64,000 nt of DNA, from NCBI GenBank assembly GCA_964657945.1, contig CAZZWM010000001.1, forward strand, positions 321 to 64,320. Direction: 5' to 3'. This DNA is from an uncultured Steroidobacteraceae bacterium. GTDB taxonomy: Bacteria; Pseudomonadota; Gammaproteobacteria; Steroidobacterales; Steroidobacteraceae. The notes beneath the pieces are model-generated. The model did no database searches and was not told where the DNA came from. It saw nothing but the letters and a program-made list of their open reading frames with translations. The stretch's first letter is position 1, and every line of letters begins with the position of its first letter. Shown here piece by piece: positions 17,093-26,054 of the stretch. The position numbers and the translations under genes were made by a program.

Positions 17093-17977
17093 CTAGCGGC
17101 GGGCGTGCATTGCGCCGATTTGAACCAGTGCCAGCAGGCGTGAGGTTCTCATCCAAACCGCGGTCATGACGATGAGTTGGGTGAGGCACAGCGCCACCAG
17201 AATTCCCAACAGACTGGCATGCGGCAGATTGATGCGGATCAAGCCGAGCAGCGCCATCAGCGCCAGGCCCGCGACGGTCAATCCCAGGTAGCTGCCGAAT
17301 GCCGCGAGTGGCTGCACCTTGAGAAACTTGACTCCGCGCCACCAGGCCTTTACCGCGGAGCGGCGACCGGCGTCCAGCGCAAACTGCGCGCGCCCCGCGT
17401 CGACGGTGATGTGAGCCAACAGCAGAAGCGCCAGCAGGAATATCACCGCCGCGGTATGTTCATGATGGGCCGTTGATTCCAGTATCGCCTTTTCGCCCAT
17501 CTTCTTGGCGATATGAACAGCAACGCCACCGATGCCTGCGGCGACTCCGAAAGGCACCGCCGACCAGAGCAGCATGCGGAACATGCGGCCATAGCTTCGC
17601 GCGCCGCCTTGAAACAAGGCCACAAACCCCGGCGGCTGTGCGTCGTTGGCCGTCGATATGACCATGGCCGAAAGTAAAGGCGAGAGCAGCAAAGTGACGA
17701 TGACGGAAACCGTCGCAGCGCCGGCCAACACCGCAGTGGAGTCGGCGGAATTCGAGACCAGTTCGATGATGGCGGTCAGATCCCAGCCCTTGGCCCACTC
17801 GGCCGCAAACATCGAGTGGTCGAGTGCATCGGCGAGCAGGCGGCCCACCGGCAGGGCAACGATGGCGGTCGGAACGAGTGTGGCAACGATCCAGATGATG
17901 CCGATGCGCCAGTTGGCCATGCCGCGATTGGCAGCCGGTCGAATCGTACCCTCCGGGGTCAACGCCTGAGTATTCAT
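17093..17977 (-). CDS. polytopic membrane protein of unknown function
   Basis: ATG 17977 (MNTQALTPEG...) overlaps the stop of the upstream M1 peptidase in ATGA (17974-17977). There are about 6 hydrophobic segments. No family recognised. Confidence 0.7.
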   Translation of the reverse strand: MNTQALTPEGTIRPAANRGMANWRIGIIWIVATLVPTAIVALPVGRLLADALDHSMFAAEWAKGWDLTAIIELVSNSADSTAVLAGAATVSVIVTLLLSPLLSAMVISTANDAQPPGFVALFQGGARSYGRMFRMLLWSAVPFGVAAGIGGVAVHIAKKMGEKAILESTAHHEHTAAVIFLLALLLLAHITVDAGRAQFALDAGRRSAVKAWWRGVKFLKVQPLAAFGSYLGLTVAGLALMALLGLIRINLPHASLLGILVALCLTQLIVMTAVWMRTSRLLALVQIGAMHARR

Positions 17978-20214
17978 AGTGTGGTCCAAAACGCCAGGAC
18001 GGTTTGTACAATGGACTCGACGTCAGTGCTCCAGCGTCGCGATGCGGGACCGCCGAGGATGTGTGCCGTTACCTTGGCAACGGGGCCCGTCGGCCCGCTT
18101 GCGGGCCGGCCCGCGACATCGTCATCGATGATCCGGGTGTTGTTGAGACGATTGGCGTCCAGCAGGTGCAGTCGGTCCGGATCCAATTCCGCCGAAATGC
18201 CGCGAGCTGGCTTAATCCAGACGAATCGCTGCCAGCGCCGGCTGTCGTTCCATTGGACGGTTTCGCTGGAGCCATCCGCAAAATGCACCACCAGCTTCTC
18301 GCTCACCGGGGCGCCATGGCGCCTCAGCGTCACCGTGGTGCGATAGGCAAATGGACCGGCAGTTTCCCTGTCGGCGTCGGAATGATTTTTCTTCCAGGCA
18401 GCCCGCTGTTTGTCGATGGCGGACTCGACATCGTCCTTCTTATCTTCGACCCACTTGCCGTCGGCGAGATGAGTGCCCGGCATGGGCAGTTCCTCCTCGC
18501 TCTGCAACTCCTCGATGGCATCGTCGACTTTGTTCGGTGCAAAAACCTGCTGATCGAAGATCGCTTCGACGACCTCGCGTTTTCCCGACGCGTCGGCCAA
18601 CGATTCCTCGAGATCGGCAATCCCGGGATGCCGGAATTTCCAGCGTTCGTAGTAGGCCTTCATCGCCTTTTCCATGAGCGGCACGCCGAGCTGATGCTCC
18701 AGGTCGAGCATCAGGGTCATGGTGCGAGAATACACCGTGGCATAGCTGAACGTGGAATAGCGATTCCAAGAGTTCGCCCCGGTTTCGTCGACCGGGTGGG
18801 TCAGACCTGCCCCGCTTCGATCCACATTCTGCCAGGAGGCGTGCAGATCCAGTCCCAGACGCTGCTGCCAGGGCTTGTTGATATGCAGCTCTTCGCGGCG
18901 CGAGTCCATCATTCGGCTGTCCCAATACTCATTCAAGCCTTCATCGAGCATGGGCTCTTCGAACTCGTTGGAGCCCAAGATGCCGTAGAAGTATCCGTGG
19001 CCGAATTCGTGAATGGTCACGAAATCCAGTAAAACGCTGCCGAAAGTATTCGGGCCGACTTCCTTGGTGCTGTCGGCGGTGAAAAAGGTCGGATACTCCA
19101 TGCCGCCGGCCTCGGTGGCGTTGTACGGCGGGCATACGACCGTGACGGTCTTGTAGGGATAGGGACCGAGGGTCTGCGAAAAATACGCCAGCGAATCGAT
19201 GGTGGCCTTGAGCACCGGCTGCGCATCCATGCTGTATTCCGGCAGGTACAAAACCTTGACCTTCACTTTGGGACTTCCGGCCCCTTCGTAGATTCCTTCC
19301 ACCGGTTTGGCGAAACGGTTGTCCGCGGTCCAGGCGAAGTCATGCACGTCGGATTGCACGAATCGGTGGGTGATGGTGCCGCCGGATGCGGCGGGTTCAC
19401 CCATCTCTTCCCCGGTTGCGCCGACGATGTAGTCCTTGGGAACGGTCAAGGAGACATCGAAGCTGCCGTAGTCGGCGTAGAACTCGCTGTGCAGGTGGAA
19501 CTCATGCACATTCCACTGCACCTGGGTCGCGCCGCGCTCGCCCGGCAGCTCCAATACGCCGATTTTCGGGAACCACTGGCCGACGAGATGAAAGGTGCCG
19601 AAGTAGCCGGTGCGCGCCACGACGCGCGGCAATTGATCGAAGAATTCGATGTCAAGCGAGGTGCTGCCGCCCGGGGCGACGGCTGCCGGCAGATCGACGC
19701 GCATCACGCTGTGATCGGTTTCGGGACCGGCATCGGGATGCACGAAGGATATGCGGGCGGCGGCGCCGGCCTGCGTAATTTTACGCACCTCGATGTGGCC
19801 CCATTCGCCGTCCTTGATGCCCACGTCGCTGCGGAATTCAAAACCGGGACGGTTCTTTTCCGACAGGAAGGTGCTGCCGTTGCTCTCGAAACCGTTCAGA
19901 TACAGGTGCAGGAAGATCGCTGAGATCGGCCGGTCGCTGCGATTGCGCCATACCAAGGTTTCCTTGCCATCGACGGTATGCTTGACCGGATCCAAAGATG
20001 CTTGAATACGGTAGTCGACGACGCGATCGGAAAGAGTGGTTTCGTTGCCGGTGCGGGCTCCGCCCCAGGCGTTGGGCGAACTCACCACATGAACGGCCGC
20101 CGCCGTGGGGGAAGCGAAGGGGATTTCCGCCCCTTCGGCAGCAAGGGCCGCCAAAGGCGCCGTCGATAACAGTGCGGCGCCGGCCAAAATCCGTGCGGTA
20201 GACCGAATTGCCAT
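17974..20214 (-). CDS. secreted M1-family zinc metallopeptidase
   Basis: 746 aa. Signal peptide MAIRSTARILAGAALLSTAPLAALAAEG. Zinc motif VTIHEFGHGYFYGILGSNEFEEPMLDEGLNEYW (HEXXH-18-E). Confidence 0.85.
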   Translation of the reverse strand: MAIRSTARILAGAALLSTAPLAALAAEGAEIPFASPTAAAVHVVSSPNAWGGARTGNETTLSDRVVDYRIQASLDPVKHTVDGKETLVWRNRSDRPISAIFLHLYLNGFESNGSTFLSEKNRPGFEFRSDVGIKDGEWGHIEVRKITQAGAAARISFVHPDAGPETDHSVMRVDLPAAVAPGGSTSLDIEFFDQLPRVVARTGYFGTFHLVGQWFPKIGVLELPGERGATQVQWNVHEFHLHSEFYADYGSFDVSLTVPKDYIVGATGEEMGEPAASGGTITHRFVQSDVHDFAWTADNRFAKPVEGIYEGAGSPKVKVKVLYLPEYSMDAQPVLKATIDSLAYFSQTLGPYPYKTVTVVCPPYNATEAGGMEYPTFFTADSTKEVGPNTFGSVLLDFVTIHEFGHGYFYGILGSNEFEEPMLDEGLNEYWDSRMMDSRREELHINKPWQQRLGLDLHASWQNVDRSGAGLTHPVDETGANSWNRYSTFSYATVYSRTMTLMLDLEHQLGVPLMEKAMKAYYERWKFRHPGIADLEESLADASGKREVVEAIFDQQVFAPNKVDDAIEELQSEEELPMPGTHLADGKWVEDKKDDVESAIDKQRAAWKKNHSDADRETAGPFAYRTTVTLRRHGAPVSEKLVVHFADGSSETVQWNDSRRWQRFVWIKPARGISAELDPDRLHLLDANRLNNTRIIDDDVAGRPASGPTGPVAKVTAHILGGPASRRWSTDVESIVQTVLAFWTTL

Positions 20215-20503
20215 GGGTCACATCCCTTATCGTATGAGTCTTCAGCTTAACACCGCACACCGGTGTCCGGTTGCAACGACTGCGGCAGTCCAGCAAGGAC
20301 TACCATGGATCCAGCTCGAGCGGAGCAATAGGCCAGGGTAGCGCAGGGCATGCCATCAACCGTTTTGCGTACAGCGAAGAGTCGCTGAAGAAATTATTTG
20401 CGGGCCCGCCGATACAAGACGTGCTGCTCGCGCAGGAAGCCAAGGAATTGGCCACGCTACGGCTGCCGGATCTGCCTGACCCGACTCGCCTGCGGGGCGG
20501 GTG

Positions 20504-20791
20504 CTAGCTTCCCGCCGACAATTCCTCGACCATGGAGATGATGCCGGACAAAACCGCACCTTCCACCCTCAACCGGCAGCCTTCGATTTCTTGACGGTCG
20601 AAGGATCGCGACACGGTGCGTCCTTTGATGGCAATCTCAATGCGAGAACCGTTGAGCGCGTGATCAGCCGAGTTGCTGTCGACGTCCGTGATGGAGCCGA
20701 ACAGACCGTGAGGGACCAGCCGGCTCTTGATTTCGGTGCGAATCTTGCGCAATCCGGTGTCGAAGTATTCGCGCGATAAATTGTCGTTCAT
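20504..20791 (-). CDS. hypothetical 95-aa protein, last gene of the amidohydrolase operon
   Basis: ATG with GGAG 5 nt upstream, 14 nt after the stop of the upstream amidohydrolase. High GC3. No recognisable motifs (MNDNLSREYFDTGLRKIRTEIKSRLVPHG...). Confidence 0.6.
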   Translation of the reverse strand: MNDNLSREYFDTGLRKIRTEIKSRLVPHGLFGSITDVDSNSADHALNGSRIEIAIKGRTVSRSFDRQEIEGCRLRVEGAVLSGIISMVEELSAGS

Positions 20792-20805
20792 GATGACTCC
20801 GGGTC

Positions 20806-22074
20806 TCAGCGTGCTTGATGCACTTTAACCTTTTCCCAGTAACGATCGCGAAGTTCGGTCTGCCGCGAGCGCATTTCGACCGCACGGCCGGCAATCCATA
20901 CCTGGTCGGCCAGTGTGGTCACTTCGAGCGGATCGCCGTTCCAGAGCACCAGATCGGCAATCTGGCCGACGGCGACATGGCCCCGGCTGGCGCCCAAACC
21001 AAACATCTCGGCGGGGGCGGAGGTGATGGCGGCGAGCGCGGCTTCGGGCGGCAGTCCATGCGCCACGGCATTACCCGCCAACTGTCGCGTCAGTCGCGCC
21101 TGCGGCGTCTCCAAGCCGGAGAAAGCAATGCGAACGCCGCCTTGGTGCAATCGCGTGGCGTTATCCAGCCTCGATCCCAGATGATCGAAGTCCGCCGGCA
21201 GGTCGTCGAGGGGATTCAGTATCACCGGGACATCGGCCTTGGCCAATTCCTTGGCGACTTCCCAGGCCTCATCGCCGCCCGCGATGATGGCCTTCATGCC
21301 GTTACGCTGCGCGAAGGCGATGATCTGCAGGATGTCGGCGGCGCGGTCCGCCTCGAAGATCACACGGCCGCCGGCCAGATAGCGCGCCAAGGTTTCACGA
21401 CCGGCGGCGTGCAGCAGCGCGCCGCTCGCGCTCGCCCCGGGGGTGCGGCTTTCACGGATGGCCTGATCGAGCAGCATGAACTCCGCGGCCCGCGTGCCGC
21501 CCGCCCAGCGCGCGCCGCCGTTGCCCATCTGCACGAAGAGAGCATGACTGCCGCGCAGCGCGGCATCGTAGCGTCCGTCCAAGGTCACGGCGGCGCCTTG
21601 ACCGGCCATGATGCTGTCGCTGCTCGAGGGACTGAGAACCGCCCAGGTAATGCCCTCCATTCGCGTGACGGGGATAACCACCGAATTTGGATTGAACGCG
21701 ACAGATACGTCGAATTCGGGACGCCATTGCTGATCCCAGGGCGGGGATTTCAAGTTCAAGGATGAATCGACGGTAGAGGACTCTCCGCCGATCTCCTCGA
21801 TGCCGATGCCGGTCAATCCGCCGAACATCCCGGGCGTCAGGTCGCGCCCCTTGGCTTCGATGATGGTTGCGCCGGGGGGCACGGGCAATCTCGCGCCGAC
21901 CGCCGCTATGGCGCCGGCCCGAATCAGCACGTCGGTGTCCTTCAGCACCCCTTTCGCCGCGGCGGTGTGCACCGTGGCGCTGCGGATCAGCACCTCTTGA
22001 GTCAGAGCCGCGCGCGAAAGCAGCAACGCAGCAGCGGTGCAAGTCGTCAGCAGCAATGACTTGACGGTTTTCAT
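20806..22074 (-). CDS. periplasmic amidohydrolase-superfamily protein (COG1228-like)
   Basis: The track ORF extends to 22215. ATG 22074 (MKTVKSLLLTTCTAAALLLSRAALTQE, signal peptide) overlaps the upstream stop in ATGA. C-terminal motif VAVGQIADLVLWNGDPLEV is typical of this group. Confidence 0.8.
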   Translation of the reverse strand: MKTVKSLLLTTCTAAALLLSRAALTQEVLIRSATVHTAAAKGVLKDTDVLIRAGAIAAVGARLPVPPGATIIEAKGRDLTPGMFGGLTGIGIEEIGGESSTVDSSLNLKSPPWDQQWRPEFDVSVAFNPNSVVIPVTRMEGITWAVLSPSSSDSIMAGQGAAVTLDGRYDAALRGSHALFVQMGNGGARWAGGTRAAEFMLLDQAIRESRTPGASASGALLHAAGRETLARYLAGGRVIFEADRAADILQIIAFAQRNGMKAIIAGGDEAWEVAKELAKADVPVILNPLDDLPADFDHLGSRLDNATRLHQGGVRIAFSGLETPQARLTRQLAGNAVAHGLPPEAALAAITSAPAEMFGLGASRGHVAVGQIADLVLWNGDPLEVTTLADQVWIAGRAVEMRSRQTELRDRYWEKVKVHQAR

Positions 22075-23531
22075 TGGCCGCCTTGCGTGACGGTTTGGCC
22101 GAGATTGAAATCGGAGCGCGGTTTGACCGCGGGGTGCGCCCGGTCGAAGGCAAGCGCGCCATCGATGAACACTTGATCCGCCAGCGCGTAGACGCTGAAT
22201 GGATTGCCGTTCCACACGACCACGTCGCCAGCCTTGCCGGCTTCGAGCGTGCCGATCCTATCCTCGAGTCCCAGCGACCTGGCAGGATTCAGCGTCAACC
22301 AACGAATTGCGCGCTCCGGCGCGACCATGATGCCGATGCGCTGAGCATGGGCCATCGATTTGGCGGCTTCTTGATTCAGGCGCTGAATGCCGTCCTGCGA
22401 ATCGGAGTGGACAATGGCGCAGCTGTGCTCCGGGTAATCCACCAGCGGCAGGTTTTCCTGTATGCCATCGAAGGCTTCCATCTTGAAACCCCACCAATCG
22501 GCCCACATGGCTGCGCAGACCCCTTTTTCCGCCAGCCGGTCGGCGATCTTGTAAGCCTCGACCGCATGATGGAAGGCAACGATCTTGAAACCGAATTCAT
22601 CGGCAACATCCAGCATGGTGTCCATTTCGTCGGCGCGATAGCAGTGCATGTGCACGCGGATATGGCCTTTCATCACCTCGGCGAGGGTTTCGAGTTTCAA
22701 GTCGCGCTTGGGCGGGGAGGGCGGCCCGGAATCCTTGTCGCCCTTGTCCTTGTCTTTTTCCCTGGACTTCTTGGAAGCCGTATCGCCGGAATCGCTTTTC
22801 TTCTTGGTGTACTCGGCCAGCTCGCGATCGTATTTATCCCAGGACAGTTGATAGTCCTGCGCATCGGCAAAAGCCTGGCGATAACCGGCGACGTTGCCCA
22901 TGCGGGTTGAAGGCGCCTGATGGTTTTCCCCGTAGACCCGCTTCGGATTTTCGCCGCAAGCCATTTTCAATCCATAGGCGGCGCCGGGAAACTTCATGCC
23001 TTGATAGCTGACCGACGGCACGTTTTTCAGGACCACGGAGCGCCCGCCGATGAGGTTGGCCGACCCGGGCAGTATCTGCAGCGTGGTTACGCCTCCTTCC
23101 AATGCCGTTTCGAATCCCGGATCCTGCGGCCAGACCGAGTGTTCCGCCCATACATTCGAGGTGACGGGACTGGTGGCTTCATTGCCGTCGTTGAGGCCGC
23201 TGACGGCGGGGCTGGCGTAAACGCCCAGATGCGAGTGGATGTCGATCAGCCCGGGAGTAACCCAACGGCCCTGCGCGCCGAGGATACGAGCGCCGCTGGG
23301 CGCCGCCAGATTTTTGCCGACGGCTTCGATCCGCCCATCGACGATCAAGAGGTCGGCGCCATCGAGCCGTTCGCCGGTGCCGGTCAGCACGGTCGCGCCT
23401 TGAATCAACAGCGGCGGTGTCGCCGGCACCCGATACGTGGATGGAAAGGTTTCCGCCATACTGGTCGATACGGCCAGCGCGCTGGTCAGCAGCAGCGCGA
23501 GGCGCGCGGGAATGTTCATCAGCCCGCTCAT
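22071..23531 (-). CDS. periplasmic amidohydrolase-superfamily protein (metal-dependent, COG1228-like) with a charged low-complexity insert
   Basis: 486 aa with a signal peptide. Motifs GLIDIHSHLG (HxH metal motif), MHCYRADE, AFHHAVEAY, VHSD and GTLEAGKAGDVVVWNGNPF. Insert KKKSDSGDTASKKSREKDKDKGDKDSGPPSPPKRD at aa 243-276. Confidence 0.85.
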   Translation of the reverse strand: MSGLMNIPARLALLLTSALAVSTSMAETFPSTYRVPATPPLLIQGATVLTGTGERLDGADLLIVDGRIEAVGKNLAAPSGARILGAQGRWVTPGLIDIHSHLGVYASPAVSGLNDGNEATSPVTSNVWAEHSVWPQDPGFETALEGGVTTLQILPGSANLIGGRSVVLKNVPSVSYQGMKFPGAAYGLKMACGENPKRVYGENHQAPSTRMGNVAGYRQAFADAQDYQLSWDKYDRELAEYTKKKSDSGDTASKKSREKDKDKGDKDSGPPSPPKRDLKLETLAEVMKGHIRVHMHCYRADEMDTMLDVADEFGFKIVAFHHAVEAYKIADRLAEKGVCAAMWADWWGFKMEAFDGIQENLPLVDYPEHSCAIVHSDSQDGIQRLNQEAAKSMAHAQRIGIMVAPERAIRWLTLNPARSLGLEDRIGTLEAGKAGDVVVWNGNPFSVYALADQVFIDGALAFDRAHPAVKPRSDFNLGQTVTQGGQ

Positions 23532-24007
23532 GGGTACGACAGCCTGCTCAAGTCCGAGGCTTGCAGCAATAGCTGCGAGGCCGTCTCCAAGCCTTTGCGG
23601 TCTTGCTCATCGAAGCGTGCCAATTCCGGGCTGTCGAGATCCAAGACGCCCAGCAGGCGGCCATCCTTCACCAACGGCACGACGATCTCCGACTGCGAGG
23701 CGGCATCGCAGGCGATGTGTCCCGGGAATTCATGAACGTCCTTGACGATCAGCGTCTTGCGCTGCTCGGCAGCCGTTCCGCACACGCCGCTTCCCAAGGC
23801 AATTCGCACGCATGCCACCTTGCCTTGAAACGGTCCGAGAACCAGCTCGCCGTCCTGCAAGAAATAGAAACCGGCCCAATTCAAGCCGTCCAGTCCCTGA
23901 TAAAGCAGCGCCGACATATTGGCCGCATTCGCCAGCCCGTTCGGCTCATCGGCGAACACGGCTTTCAGCTGCGCGTGAAGCTCGGCGTAAGCCGCATCTT
24001 TTGGCAT
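23528..24007 (-). CDS. msrC: GAF-domain free methionine-(R)-sulfoxide reductase (YebR/MsrC-like)
   Basis: 159 aa. NWAGFYFLQDGELVLGPFQGKVACVRIALGSGVCGTAA...DVHEFPGHIACDAASQSEIVVPL..GRLLGVLDLDSP is collinear with E. coli YebR. Its stop overlaps the next start in ATGA. Confidence 0.85.
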   Translation of the reverse strand: MPKDAAYAELHAQLKAVFADEPNGLANAANMSALLYQGLDGLNWAGFYFLQDGELVLGPFQGKVACVRIALGSGVCGTAAEQRKTLIVKDVHEFPGHIACDAASQSEIVVPLVKDGRLLGVLDLDSPELARFDEQDRKGLETASQLLLQASDLSRLSYP

Positions 24008-24117
24008 CTAACCCTCTCGCAATTATTTTGCCCGAATTACCGGTCGGCGTCCCGCATCGCGCACAATGGCGAACCAATCTGCCGGGAAAAGGGAAGCCAT
24101 GCTTCAAACATTCGCCC

Positions 24118-24831
24118 ATGGTTGAGCCGCTGCCGGTGGCCATATTGATCGAGGATGAGCGCCAGATCCGGCGCTTCGTGCGCACGGCGCTCGAAGCGGA
24201 AGGCTGGAGCGTCCACGAAACCGAAACCCTGCGCCAGGGGTTGAGCGATGCGGGCACACGCAAGCCGGATCTGATCATTTTGGATCTCGGATTACCGGAT
24301 GGCGATGGCATGGAGTTTCTGCGCGACTTGCGCGGCTGGTCGAAGGTGCCGGTCATTGTTTTGTCGGCCCGCGTCGGCGAGCAGGACAAGATCGACGCCC
24401 TCGATGCCGGCGCGGACGACTACCTGACCAAGCCCTTTGGGGTTGGCGAGCTGCTGGCGCGGGTGCGCGCCGCTTCCCGGCGCCGCATGCAGACGGGCTC
24501 GGATAGCGGTGCGATATTCGAGTTCGGCGACGTCAAAGTCGACTTGAATTTGCGCACCGCACACAAGGGCGGCGCATCGGTTCACCTCACGCCCATCGAG
24601 TATCGGCTGCTGACCTTCCTGATCGTCAATGCAGGAAAGGTATTGACGCACCGCCAAATCTTGCGCGAGGTGTGGGGACCGGCACATTCCGAAGACGGCC
24701 ACTATGTGCGTGTGTACATGGGACATCTGCGCCAGAAGCTCGAGGACGATCCGGCCCGACCCAAACACATTCTCACCGAAACTGCGGTGGGCTATCGGCT
24801 GGTACAAGCGGCCGGAGGTTCAGTGTCCTGA
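24118..24831 (+). CDS. kdpE: OmpR-family response regulator KdpE
   Basis: The track ORF starts at 23812; I prefer ATG 24118. ILIEDERQIRRFVRTALEAEGWSVHETETLRQGL...RKPDLIILDLGLPDGDGMEFLRDLRGWSKVPVIVLSAR...DYLTKPFGVGELLARV...HLTPIEYRLL...YMGHLRQKLEDDPARPKHILTETAVGYR is nearly collinear with E. coli KdpE. Confidence 0.9.
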   Translation: MVEPLPVAILIEDERQIRRFVRTALEAEGWSVHETETLRQGLSDAGTRKPDLIILDLGLPDGDGMEFLRDLRGWSKVPVIVLSARVGEQDKIDALDAGADDYLTKPFGVGELLARVRAASRRRMQTGSDSGAIFEFGDVKVDLNLRTAHKGGASVHLTPIEYRLLTFLIVNAGKVLTHRQILREVWGPAHSEDGHYVRVYMGHLRQKLEDDPARPKHILTETAVGYRLVQAAGGSVS

Positions 24832-24927
24832 GCCGCAGCCTGATCCGCAGCGCGCAAACGTGATCTACATCGCGGTCCCATCGCCGATGCGACGCGCAGA
24901 ATGATCCCGCCCTACCGAGGATGACCG

Positions 24928-25221
24928 ATGGCCCGCAAACAAAACCGCATTGACGATGTGCTCGAATTCGCCGCAACGCCGCGCGGGCGGGCGACGGTGT
25001 TTTGGGCGGCTATGGCGTTTGCGGCCTGTCACGTGGCCGTCCTGTTGACGGCGCAGTCCGGCCTGAATCCCAACGATGCCCTGCAACAGCAGTTGCTGCA
25101 CTTCGCCGCGGTGTTGTGCCGTTTCGTGCTGCCCTGCGCGGTCATGCTGACCGGCGTTACGGCGTTCGTGGCCGGCAAGTTGCGGGGAAGTGTGTCAGGT
25201 AGTCTGCCTCGCTCTCGCTGA
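24928..25221 (+). CDS. small membrane protein (2 predicted TM helices), hypothetical
   Basis: 97 aa with GAGGA 7 nt upstream and high GC3. Hydrophobic stretches VFWAAMAFAACHVAVLL and FVLPCAVMLTGVTAFVAG. The 3' end overlaps the convergent gene by 65 nt. Confidence 0.5.
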   Translation: MARKQNRIDDVLEFAATPRGRATVFWAAMAFAACHVAVLLTAQSGLNPNDALQQQLLHFAAVLCRFVLPCAVMLTGVTAFVAGKLRGSVSGSLPRSR

Positions 25222-25879
25222 GCCCCAGGGTCTTGCGCCGCAGGTCCAGATGGGCCGGATCATCGACCTTGTCGAGTTGCCACTTGCCCTGAACGCAGTT
25301 CAGTTGCGTGCCATAACGCTGCGGTTTGTGATCGAACTCCACCGCCACCCGATCGAATAGCAACGCATACCACTGCGCGCTGGCTTCGCCCGCGTCCACC
25401 GCGATTTTCATTCGAGGCAAGGCGTCGCGCATCAGCTGCGGATCGTTCGTGGCGTGTTGCACGACCAGAAAGGCCGTCAGCGCGGCGCGCTCGCCGTCGA
25501 GGCTGGCCTTGAACCAACCGTCGGTGGGGATCAGCGCCTTCAAGGCCTTTTGATTGGCGATATCGCGTCTCTGTATTTCAGCGTCCATGGCATCCTGCGC
25601 GAGCTTCCGCTGGTTCGCGGGCAAGGTCGACAGATCGACGTTTTGCATGATGCCGCGGCCGGCCTGATCGAAATCATAGAGGCGTTCGAGTTTCTCTCCG
25701 CGGGTCATGGCGGGTGGGTAGGTGGCCTGTTCACCGTCGAGTGTCAGATAGACCTGATGCACCGGAGCGATCAGCGCGGCCGCCTCGGGCGACAAAGTGT
25801 CTGCCGCAGCGGCCAAGCTCGCGACCGCCGCGCTCGACAGCAACAGCGTCATCGCGCCCGATCTGCCCAGCCACTGCAT
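25157..25879 (-). CDS. secreted hypothetical protein
   Basis: 240 aa. Signal peptide MQWLGRSGAMTLLLSSAAVASLAAAAD. Coding-like composition. No catalytic motifs recognised. Confidence 0.65.
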   Translation of the reverse strand: MQWLGRSGAMTLLLSSAAVASLAAAADTLSPEAAALIAPVHQVYLTLDGEQATYPPAMTRGEKLERLYDFDQAGRGIMQNVDLSTLPANQRKLAQDAMDAEIQRRDIANQKALKALIPTDGWFKASLDGERAALTAFLVVQHATNDPQLMRDALPRMKIAVDAGEASAQWYALLFDRVAVEFDHKPQRYGTQLNCVQGKWQLDKVDDPAHLDLRRKTLGLSESEADYLTHFPATCRPRTP

Positions 25880-26054
25880 TGCCTACTCCATTCAGATGTC
25901 GTTTCATAGGGCCCTTGCTCACGCCAGCGTAGTCCTACACTGACAAAGGGCCGGTTTGGGACAGCGTCGCATGCTGCCGAGCCGTATGCTTTCGAAGTAT
26001 AAGCCGGGTTGGCACGGAACCCGGTGCTTTCGTGCGGACCACAGAGGAGAACCC

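Noticed and set aside
16893-17096. 67-aa ORF containing DKDWWPNPSASLANILPHS, reminiscent of the WWPN motif near the catalase-peroxidase (KatG) N-terminus. This raised the possibility of a katG remnant.
   Set aside because: The similarity is limited to WWPN plus a few spaced residues and needs an indel. There is no continuation of KatG-like sequence in any frame, the start codon is GTG without an SD, and the ORF overlaps the convergent membrane gene.
20271-20507. 78-aa plus-strand ORF in the 290-bp gap upstream of the M1 peptidase.
   Set aside because: It has a TTG start without an SD and lies opposite to all neighbours. It also overlaps the region that must hold the peptidase promoter. Its C-terminal half looks protein-like, but that is insufficient evidence; it may be a remnant.
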